A stretch of 64,000 bases of DNA from Chrysomallon squamiferum. Lineage: Eukaryota; Animalia; Mollusca. The notes beneath the pieces are model-generated. The model had not been told where the DNA came from and searched no databases. It saw only the letters and a program-made list of their open reading frames with translations. The stretch lies in assembly GCA_012295275.1 (NCBI GenBank), contig CM022671.1, positions 23,870,001 through 23,934,000 on the forward strand. Reading direction: 5' to 3'. The translations under genes were made by a program, and so were the position numbers. Within the stretch, counting starts at the first letter, position 1. Each line of letters starts with the position of its first letter. Below are positions 29,442 through 64,000 of the stretch, in pieces.

Positions 29442-32400
29442 ATGTTATAGGCCAAGTGGTTAATTAAACAATATGTTTTAATGATGCAAACATACCGATG
29501 AATGACGCCATCTTTGCTTAAATTCTGTATATTGTTTCACAATAAATTCTTTTAATTCCTTTACAGATCTTAACATCAAAAGAAATAAAAATATCCCCCC
29601 TCAAAAATAAAGCAAAAAATAGCTTTATTAGTTGGATATTATGTCAAGAATTTGATTAATTTACATTAAACACAGAAGATTATCAACTAATTTCTGTTAC
29701 CTAATATATAAATGGTTCTACCGACATTTCGGTGAGCAAATGTAATTAATAATCAATATTTATTTCATGTCTGATTAATTTTGCTCCAGTAAGACATTTA
29801 TCAAATATTTTAAAATTACTTTCAGTAAAATTTTTATCAAAAAGGGAAATACACATAATAGTGTTTTTTTATAGTAACTAGAAAAAACTTTAAAATATGG
29901 AAATCATTACATCATAAAAAAAATAAAAAAAAAAAAAGAGAATAATAAGTGGAGGCATCAAGTTTATGGAACAAAACGACAAACATTGGAAATATTTTAT
30001 GTTATTAACTTTTAATTTAAAATAATTGTAAATCTCTTTAAATAGTTTTAAACAATTTCTTTTACAAAACACTTAAATCTTGTCATTTAAATCCGTCAAG
30101 AATTTGAACTTTGCTGCGAGATACTTTTTCACGATACAGGTATAAACTACAAACAATAGCGTTTAAGTATGCATGCATATTTCTAAACAGATCAGCAAAT
30201 AACACTCATTATTTAAATTCATTTTGTTTTGACTGATAAGCAGATGGAAAATTATTTTAATAAAACAAGTGATATATTAGTATTTATAAAATTCGGGAAA
30301 AAAAAAAAATTTCATTTAATCATTTGGCTAATAATGAGGTAAGCTTTTCACTAATCTCTATTAAAAAATAAATATATATTTTTTAAAATACAAATAAATA
30401 CTTTGCCAATCTGTGGTCTGTTGGGATTAATTTCAATAAACAACTAACAAAAAACAAAAGCAAACACAGAATTCAAATATAATTTATTGAAATAACATAA
30501 TATTGAAATATCAGAGATCAACAAATTTAAATAAAAAGTTAATGCCAGAACCAATAATTGTATGTTTCTGCGTACATTATATTCCAATTAAAATGTAATT
30601 TGAAGGTCACTTATTCTTTGGTTACTGCAAAATTTTGTAAATCACAATATTACAGCCTTTCATTTAACATTTGGGAATCAGTACGACTGAGTAAAGGATG
30701 ATCATAATACATTAATACAGAATAAAATATTAGATTTAGGGAAAGAAGCCTTCAGTGAAACAATTACAATGAACTTAAATAAACAGAAATAAATAAATGA
30801 TCTTCAAGACAAGAAAGCTTTTGAAGGTAATTTTTAAGAGTTGTGCATGTGCTGTGTGTAATCGCATACATTTTAATTAAAAATGTAAATTATGTGGAAT
30901 AAATATTTAAAAAAAATTGTTTTATTTATTTACATCTTGTAACATCTTATTAAAAATTGTTATAGTTCCAGGTGTGTGTATTTTATATTGAGATTGTCAA
31001 GTTCCATCTATTATTTCTGAATTATAATGATCAGAAAATAATAATAATAATTCAAGTTTTACACACATATTATTTCAGTGGTTACAATACACTATTATAA
31101 GACTACCAAATACAATACCTAGTTTTGTCTTGTTTTATTGCTTTTAATGGAAATACCTACAACTAGAAAACAGATTAAATGTTTTAGTAAAAGCTATGTT
31201 TGCTATTTGTACTGGGCTTCTAACATATTCACAGCAGCTTTTTCTGGTTGAAGAAAAGGTTCATACATGATTCTGGCACAAACCTCTCTGTGGTTAAAGA
31301 GTTATCAGCAATTTTGAAAACATTATCAGAAGAGCTGCATAAACAAACAGTATTCCAATGAAAACTTGCTCTAACATAAAATATTCAGTATGATGTGTTA
31401 AGTAGTCTCATAAGACAAAATGTCAACTGATCACTCTTTTGGCATATACAAGAAATATTTAAATATTTTACCATAAGCATAGATTGTAATTATTTATGCA
31501 AGTGCCTTTTTTCTTTTTCTTTTTAAAAAAAAAATATATTCTTTAATACATTTTTTATTTTGTAAGTACCTAAAAATGAGAACATAAGATAACTTAAATG
31601 AATATAAAAATAAAATAATTAATTTGATATGAACAGACAACCAGATCTACAATTGTACTTAAAAATAACAGCTCTTCCAAAACCCACCACCACACACTCT
31701 AACCCAGAAATAGATTTTCAGTATATGACATCATAATACAAGATCAAAATTAAAGTGAAGGAGAATCATAATTACAGGACTGAACTAGAAAAAATACACT
31801 AAACTTTTCTTTTTGAATGTAGTTTTTCTGAAAAATCTAAGACAATCAGCCTTTGCTTGAAAGTCTGTAATCATTTAATTTTACCAAAGCATTCATGCCA
31901 GAAATTATTATCTTAATTCAATAGACTGGACAAAACATGCTTTAAATCTGATTTGCTACTATAAAATTTTATAGTGATATAAATCAAATCATTCACATTT
32001 TATAGAAAGAGCATTTCTTAAATGTAACATTTGGCCAAATATTTATTTGAATGCAGTTTGAGATGCCAATGAAATTGAAATAAATAAATTGTCAAAACTT
32101 CTTAACGTTTTGAACAGATAAAGGAGATTCACTTATTTATAAATTAAATGGTTGGTATTAAAGAATGTGACAATCTTAATATTTTCATCTTCCAAAAATG
32201 CGTAAAATAGGTGCTCAGTAAATCTCAAGACTAAACCTTTCTGAGGTCCATGTTTCCACCTCAAAGATTTTTGATGTCCTTCCGTTATAAAAGTGTTATG
32301 AGCTTATCAGACTATACCACATTTAGCATCTGTGCTAGACCTGTATGAATATATTTATTATTAACATTTTATTTTAAAAAAAAGAAAAACAAAAGAAGAA

Positions 32401-33454
32401 AATGTTCACAACATATATTAAGATTATAATGGGGTGTACAGCATACACTGAAAAAACCCTGGATTAAAGCAAGCAGAATAAACAACTTGAAAACTAGAAT
32501 GTTTCTCTTTTATTAGTATGTCTGCATCAAAAAATAAAATAAAATAATATAAAATAAAAGGAAATTAAATGTGAATGTTTTATATATAAACAAAAAGAAA
32601 GGAAAATGAAGCACCAAACATTTCTCTAATGATGTTTCACATTTTAAATGAACAATAAAAGTTAACCTTATCTTCATCAATTAAAAGCATTACAAACTTC
32701 TCCAAACATATTTACATTCCAAGAAAAAGGAAATTGAACAGAATTATCAATGTAATATTTCAAATTCAGTTGTTTAACAAATATTTTTGAAAAAGAAAAA
32801 AGACACACAAATGACCTGTCAAACTCTTAAATATTTTTTCCAAATAAAATCTAATATCTATTTGTCACCGATGTAAATTTAAGCATATTAATGCATATAA
32901 TGAACTCACAACAAGATCAACAGATGAATAACAAATGAAATTTTTTAAATATCTAATGATATGAATATTCTTTTGAACCAATGCCTTTTCAGGTTCAAAT
33001 TCCTTGAATGTTCTATGCATAAAAAAATTTAAAGATGAAAACTGGAAACGAAACATAAAAATATTTCAAATAATTTGATCACATAAATGCACTTTTACAT
33101 TAATGCCCATTTGTATTGATGCCTTTTTAAAAGGAATTATGCACATGTAAAGAAAAAAATAGACTAGGCTCTGAACAAACTATAAATGTTTGTGGATACA
33201 TCTTTTCAGTATTTCCATGAGACAAACTAAATGTGTTGGTTTATAAACTTCATGACTTTACAGGTATAAGTGAATCTTTCAAAAAAGAGGTCAGAACAAA
33301 TTCAAACAACCATATTATGGCTACTTTTTGTAATTTAAAAAAAAAAATAAAAATAAAATTGTAATAAAGGAACAATACTCTTACAGATTGTTCAGTTTTT
33401 TTGAATTTTATGCTTTACTGAAAAGCACCTTTCTACTAAAATGTGTATCTTTTT

Positions 33455-33660
33455 AAGGGGACATGTATGGCGAAAATGTAAAAATTGTTATTTTTTGTGT
33501 TACAGAATTGAAACTTGGAAATAATCCCCTTTTGTTACCATAAAAAAAAAAAAACAGTACTAGTTTATTTTATGACAAATGTTTACTTTTATTTTTGGCT
33601 TTTTTAAAAAATGTTATAGTACCCCATTTCATGAACCTCTCCATCCAAACCAGTATCTAT
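33455..33660 (-). repeat. Dispersed repeat fragment; a second copy lies at ~3342-3483 in an SMPD4 intron
   Basis: GTACCCCATTTCATGAACCTCTCCA and about 100 bp of flank are the reverse complement of TGGAGAGGTTCATGAAATGGGGTAC... at 3358-3480. This copy starts with TTAAGGGG, a DNA-transposon-like end. Confidence 0.8.
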
Positions 33661-34703
33661 ATCTATCTATGTCTGTCTATCTATATATACATACATACAT
33701 ATATATATCATTCAAATTGCTCAGGTTCATCATAGACATGTTTCTAGAAAAGAAACAAAGAAATTAGTCGTTGTTTACATACTTCAAAAGAAATAATTTA
33801 AAAGAATAATAATACATTTTTCATTTGTATTTAGAAACAACAGAGTTGTATAGAGGTTACTTAAAAAGAATAGTTAATTTTCCCAAATTTTCTTTCTGTC
33901 ATTTTGTCGTATATGTTTTAAAAAATATTTATTCCAAATTTGGAATAGTTTTCATACAACAGTTTTCCAAAAAATGTTAGGATGGTACTAAAAAAAAGAT
34001 AGGTGATGAAAAATACAAATGAAGTTTTATAAAACATATTACTTACCAATTATTATGGTTAAAGGGTGAGGTTATATATTATATAGTTTTCTAAATGGTC
34101 ATGTCAAAAACTAAAAATACAACTTTTGTTTATTCAAATTTGGTCATTTTTTGCCAATCATATTCACTTAAAGTGCATTTAATATATATTCAACATCAAC
34201 AAAGACAGGGTTCACTAATATGAAACCACAAAATGTTAATTTCAAAGTCAGATGGTCTTTTTAATTTAAAATGAAGTTAATTTAACATGAAACTGAAAAT
34301 TACATTTGAGAATAAAAGAAATAATGTTGTAAGAAAAACATTTTGCATAATGTTTATCTTGTAACAGAATAAACTGGTGAGAATAAAAAAACTAAATAAC
34401 AATAACAATGCACACGTTTTGGCACTGTTTTGTGCCGAATCCTATTGGAAGCAGTTTCCCATTATATTTAAGATTAGTTTTTATCAATTGAATCCTTTAA
34501 AAAAAAAAAAAAAAATTAAATTAAAATTAAACAAACAAAACAAATGAAACAAAAGAAACAATATTTGTTTTTTAAATAATAATAAAAAAATATCAAAATT
34601 AATGATTCAACTTTTCTCTTTTAAAAATATATTTTTTTTCCCTTTGCATCAACTTTAACACTGAAGTGTATTTTCAACACATCTGCACACAATCTGCAGC
34701 ATG

Positions 34704-44197
<9,494 letters not shown>

Positions 44198-44601
44198 TTA
44201 AACTACTAATGACAAAGCAATGTTAGTTTTGACACATACCTTTTAGTACAATAGCCTCTGTTACATGCCAGTCTTAACTTGGAAGCGTTAGCTTATAGAA
44301 ATATTTTTATTTTTTATTTCTTTAAACTGAAAACAATTTAAAACATTACTAATAAAATAAATCAAAGGTTGGGTTTAACAACATTCTTACAGATTTCAAG
44401 CTAGGCAGGTGATGCTAGAAAAGTGACTCTCTATATTATTATTAGGTAAAAATGAAATTTTGTGAAGAAGAAATGTGACAATAACTGTGCTGTTGTACTT
44501 GAATATAAAATTAACCATCTTTGTGTATACACTGATATTCTGTTTTTAGTTGAACAGCTTCTTTAACAAAATATTTTATGTGGACTCATGCCACAAAAGG
44601 A

Positions 44602-44691
44602 TAAATTATTTAAAACATGTTTTATTCTGGTGTTTGATTACGGTTATCTGCAGCTTACTATCTTGAATCTCAGATCCCTACTTATGTTGAT
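44602..44691 (-). repeat. Inverted-repeat arm, reverse complement of 43030-43120
   Basis: TAAATTATTTAAAACATGTTTTATTCTG...CTATCTTGAATCTCAGA is complementary to 43030-43120. Confidence 0.9.
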
Positions 44692-44832
44692 TGTATTGTA
44701 CATGTAATTATATACAGTCATTCATCACAGCCATCTCAATTATGATTCAAGTTTAAAAAACTATTTATTGTTGTTCTTGAATCGCAACAACAAAACAGAT
44801 TCTCATACATTTGGTCATATGATCTCCTAAGA

Positions 44833-45850
44833 GACTAACTAGTAATAGACACTGCAGTACTTGGTTGTAGACACAAAGTCTGTATCAAAAACTTGAATGG
44901 CTTTTTTTATTTACTGACATTAAAAAATACCAATGATAATTGCAGAAAACAAAGATGCATGACCATTTGGCAAAATGGAGACAGAATGTGGTCATATGAT
45001 CTTCCAAGGGATGCATATATATATGTATGTACAAACACTTTTTTATTTTTTTTAAATTTTAATTTAAATTAAGTTAAAATAGGTTAAAATTAAGGCAAAG
45101 TTTAGGATAAAAGAATGGGAACCCTGTAGTAGAATTAACAATTAAAAATTATGGGTTTTGGTGGGGGTTTTTGAGTCTTGGCATCTATTGAGAAAAGCAG
45201 CACATGGGAAAAAAAATCATTATGTTAGACAGTGCCAGAAGAGAGCTTCCAGATTTTTTTGTAAAAGCACATTTACTAATGTTAAAATACACTGAAAACA
45301 CTATGTAAAATATATCTATATACAATAGATACATATACACCAGTTTAAGAATTTAGGATTGTATTTTACTGTCATTCTTAAATCACAACAAAACAATACA
45401 TTTCTGCAGCTATTCTCATATATTTGGACTATAGACTAGCTTCCAATAGACTAGCTAGTAATAGACACTGCATTACTTGGTTGAAGATAGAAGACTGTAT
45501 CATTACTTGAATGACTTTTTGATTTACGCTCATCAAAACTGCAGAAAAAAAAGATGTGACCATTTAGCAAAATGGAGACAGAATGTGGTCATATGATCTT
45601 CCAAGTGATACACACATAAATACACACACACACTTTTTTAAATTTTAATTTAAATGTAGTTAAAATACATTAAAATTACAGCACAGTTTAGGAGAAAAGA
45701 ATGGGAACCCTGTAATAGATATAACAATTAAAAATTGTGGGGTTTTTCTTTCAGTCTTTGCAACTTTCGTATAAGAAAAGCAGCATATTGAAAAACAAAA
45801 AAAAATAATAAATTGAAATTATGTTAGACAGTGCCAAAAGAAACCTTCAA
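44833..45850. repeat. Diverged direct duplication (about 400-bp units at ~44833-45250 and ~45449-45850)
   Basis: Shared blocks in the same order: CTAGTAATAGACACTGCA, GCAAAATGGAGACAGAATGTGGTCATATGATCTTCCAAG, AAAGAATGGGAACCCTGTA, TTATGTTAGACAGTGCCA. Confidence 0.9.
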
Positions 45851-46042
45851 GTTTTCTTTTCTTAGAAGTACTTATTTTAGGTATTCTCTATTTTTCAAAA
45901 AAATCATTTTACATTTATTTTCAAAGTTAATTCGGTGTCATGATTTGCACAAAATTTAATTCTTTACCTTTTAGTTTGAAGTTCAGTTATAAAACATAAT
46001 ATAGCAAGTTAAATAATCGTATTTATACCTATTGTCTGTGAT

Positions 46043-46182
46043 TGAGTTACTCGGTAGCACTCACTGTAGTGTTATTTTGGCCTCAGAAATTGTGGGTGAC
46101 TTACAATTACACAAAATTCTCTCTGGGTGTTACAATTTCTAAGGCCTAAATAACACTACAGTGAGTACTACCGAGTAACTCA
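46043..46182. repeat. Long palindrome/hairpin (about 50-bp arms, about 40-nt spacer), probably a short MITE
   Basis: TGAGTTACTCGGTAGCACTCACTGTAGTGTTATTTTGGCCTCAGAAATTGT pairs with ACAATTTCTAAGGCCTAAATAACACTACAGTGAGTACTACCGAGTAACTCA with few mismatches. Confidence 0.9.
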
Positions 46183-46379
46183 GTATGGCCATGGGGTCAA
46201 CTCACCGCCAACTTCCAAGCATTTATCGTTCTTGTTTATCAAAGATGTATTCATTTGTCATACAACCTTCTTAAAAAAAATATTTTTGAATGTATATTAA
46301 TTCCTAGATTAATGTAATATTACATCATTAATGTCTGCGTACTAAATATAAATGTGAAAAAGTTATTTTAAATCAGTTC

Positions 46380-46670
46380 AACGGCTTCGAATCGTACAAA
46401 AATAGGTCATCAGCAGAAATAGCTTTCAGTATATTTCACTGGAGAATATTATATACATTTTATATCAAGACAAATTTGGCTTCCATAAAATATACCTTTT
46501 ATTGTGTATTAAATCTATTAGCTTCACACAATATTCTTCCACATGCTGTAAATTGTAATTGCGTTCGTGCACGAGCTCATATCACATCCACCAGAGCGGA
46601 GCAAACAGTTATACATCATTCTTGAAAACTAAATACGATTTACTTAGTGACTTGGTCTGGCTAAGAACAA
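46380..46670 (-). promoter_or_regulatory. Putative PIWI-A promoter/non-coding first exon
   Basis: The ATG exon of PIWI-A is preceded by a TAGTAG acceptor 5-8 nt upstream of the ATG, so an upstream non-coding exon is implied. This is the nearest CpG-rich non-repeat patch. Confidence 0.35.
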
Positions 46671-46715
46671 TTCAAGTTATTTTATTTGTAAGTATAACAT
46701 CATTTTTAAAAAATA

Positions 46716-46759
<44 letters not shown>

Positions 46760-46791
46760 TAGTGTTATCTTTATTCCGAATAGATAAGATA

Positions 46792-47457
46792 TAGGTATGT
46801 AACAAAATTTTATAAAATATTGTATATCACCGGCAAGAGCGAAAAATGCATATTAAAATGACAGCTTGATACGAAAAGAAAAAACAATTTTTATCGGAAT
46901 AAAATGTGACTGTATTTTTCTTTGATAATCTGTGGAGAAAATGTGATACGTTTCTATTATTTTGAAACAAACAGTTTACATTTAGTATATATCAAAATGA
47001 AATTTTTGATGAGCTTTAAAGCTGTACGGCATTTTCTAAAAGCAAGTTGCTAATACTCGGAATTTTTTTCTCGCACCAAAAAGTCAAGTTGCTAATACAA
47101 AATTTCATGAATTTTTGTATATAATTTGATAGACTATGAGAGAAATGCACAATTTGTAATTTGTATATGATTTAAAGTCTCGAATAGACTTATCTCGGAC
47201 ATACAAAAATCATTTTGAAACCGTAGATTTGTCTGTTGATTCTCCGTTGTTTATCGAAGATAACATGTCAAAAAATACGAATGCGAAGATGAAGTTGAAT
47301 ATGTTTACCATTTCATGATAGTAGCTGTTTTTGAAAATATTTAAAATTAATGACGAAACAGAAATACCAGTGAGGGAACCCTTTTCGGGGTAAGAAAAAA
47401 CGGCTCACAAACATCGGGCAACCTTCAGCGGCGGCTCGTATTTTTGTCACATACCTA
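46792..47457. mobile_element. MITE/non-autonomous DNA transposon between PIWI-B and PIWI-A
   Basis: TIRs TAGGTATGTAACAAAA / TTTTGTCACATACCTA (15/16 match). Flanks TAAGATA vs TCAGATA resemble a 7-bp TSD. Interior is CpG-richer than its surroundings. Confidence 0.65.
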
Positions 47458-48108
47458 TCAGATAATTATATTTGTCAGTAATTGATGTAAAGCAATACTT
47501 CATTTATACAGGAATTAGAACTGCACCAATTGGGACAAATGGGTCATAAAAAAAACAACTTTTCTTATTTCTTATCATTAACACACAAAACTCCCTATCT
47601 ACAAATTATATGTTTATTACATGTTACCCTCCACGTTAAATACGATGAATTCATTTTGCACGCATTGTTAATTCTGTCAAACGCTCTTTACTTATTATCA
47701 AATTAAAGGTCAGTATTAATAATAATAATAAAATTAATATTTAATTAAATTTCCATAAAAGGTAAAGAAATAAAAATATTACATGGTTTATATAAAAAGA
47801 AGAAACAATTGTATCAATTGGGCTTTTCTATAATAAATCTACACAAATACATTTTACAATTTCAAAAATTAAATGTACTTAAATAATCGTTAGAGATGTT
47901 TCGAATACAAGTAATCATATTCGTATTCAATTACACTTGGTGAAAAAAAACCCACAGCAAACAATTACAATTTAAAAATGAAAAAAATAAAATAAAATAA
48001 AGTAAATAAATACAAATATGTAAAAAATTCAAACAAACGATTACACAAAAACAACTAACAAAACACATACCCAAAACAACCAAATCGTACATCTTTTTTT
48101 TTTTTTTT

Positions 48109-48141
<33 letters not shown>

Positions 48142-48451
48142 GTTGTTGTCCTTTATGACAAGATGGAATATTTTGAAAAATGTTATGACGATTAATGAAT
48201 TATCTCCGATAATCTAAATAATATCAGATAATTAATTATTTTTACCGTTAGAAATATTTCAAATTATTAAATAAAATAGTTCATGGGCATCTTTTGTTAT
48301 GTCCAAACCGTCAATTTTCTTATTTACATCGGGGCGGGGAATAAAAAAAATATATAAAAAATAAATTATCTATAATGGCACCACAATGATAATAAGAAAA
48401 ACAGACAACGCCGAAATTTAAAAAGCACAAAACTGATTGAACGATACGATG

Positions 48452-63173
<14,722 letters not shown>

Positions 63174-63411
63174 CTACAATTAATAAAAAAAAAATTCTAA
63201 ATACTTTACTGTTGATTAAATGAATAAAATATTGAGCTGTTAATATAAATTAATAAAAAAGTCCAAATAAAAAAAACAAAAAAAACAAAAACAAACAAAC
63301 AACATGAAACATTTAAATTGTAATGTAATATAAATTTATAAAACAAAAAGAACAATTTCTTAACTAGTATAGCTATTATTTCATCAGATATCACTAATTA
63401 AGAACCAAATA

Positions 63412-63442
<31 letters not shown>

Positions 63443-63549
63443 CATACATACATACACACATGCTTACATACAGCATGCTTTTTGTGAGAAGTGATGATTA
63501 CCCTCTGTTATTTAGGGTGAATGGGTGCCATACATTCGACTCTTGTCAG

Positions 63550-63684
63550 TGGCATCTGACAGGTTTGTGAGGTCATGATTGGACTTTGTCCTACTGTGCC
63601 AGTGCATTCCCAAATATTGTCTATGTGCAGAGTCTATTCAGACATGCATATAACAGAGAATATTCAAAATCCTAAACTACATAC
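63550..63684 (-). repeat. Inverted-repeat arm, reverse complement of 60394-60521
   Basis: Blocks TGGCATCTGACAGGTTT, CCAGTGCATTCCCAAATA and ACAGAGAATATT. Confidence 0.85.
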
Positions 63685-64000
63685 ATAGAGACTTTCATTT
63701 ATATATATATAATATATATATTATATATTTCTTTTTTGTATCTCATATGACATCTTTAGGTTTCTTATTTAAAGGTAATGCATGATTATATTATTCTTTT
63801 CACAGAAATAATGTGCAGAAGTACTGTAGTGATCATTCTAACTCTAAATAATTATGATTGAGGTATATTTGTACTGTGGCTATAAGCAGGGACATCTTAA
63901 CTGAGGGGCTCTGCTGGATAATTTGACAACCATATATGCTGTGACTTGGTATCAATACTTTTTCTTGTGGTTGGCAACATAGAGGCTCCATTGCATTGCT

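Noticed and set aside
63490-63690. Possible first coding exon of PIWI-B
   Set aside because: No RG-rich ATG frame is present, and the segment is a repeat copy matching 60394-60521. Exon 1 is probably beyond the window.

Overview
AT-rich, intron-dense animal genomic DNA. A lophotrochozoan/mollusc-like origin is inferred from composition and protein style only. Gene order: 3' part of SMPD4 (+), complete SART3 (-, 23 coding exons), a small spliced orphan gene (-), then two tandem PIWIL1-type genes (-): PIWI-A (complete, 874 aa by exon-length sum) and PIWI-B (first coding exon outside the window). The main finding is that PIWI-A carries two tandem, homologous 175-nt exons (37778-37952 and 37165-37339). 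Each encodes the PIWI RNase H segment with the first catalytic Asp and the Glu finger, and including both or neither shifts the frame, which is the signature of mutually exclusive splicing of the slicer active site. PIWI-B has only one of the two variants. It shows patchy near-identity to PIWI-A (gene conversion) in MID/PIWI exons, an expanded PPQAAL N-terminal repeat and transposon-rich introns. Each paralog also has its own intronic inverted-repeat pair bracketing 5' exons. All exon boundaries were read by eye.
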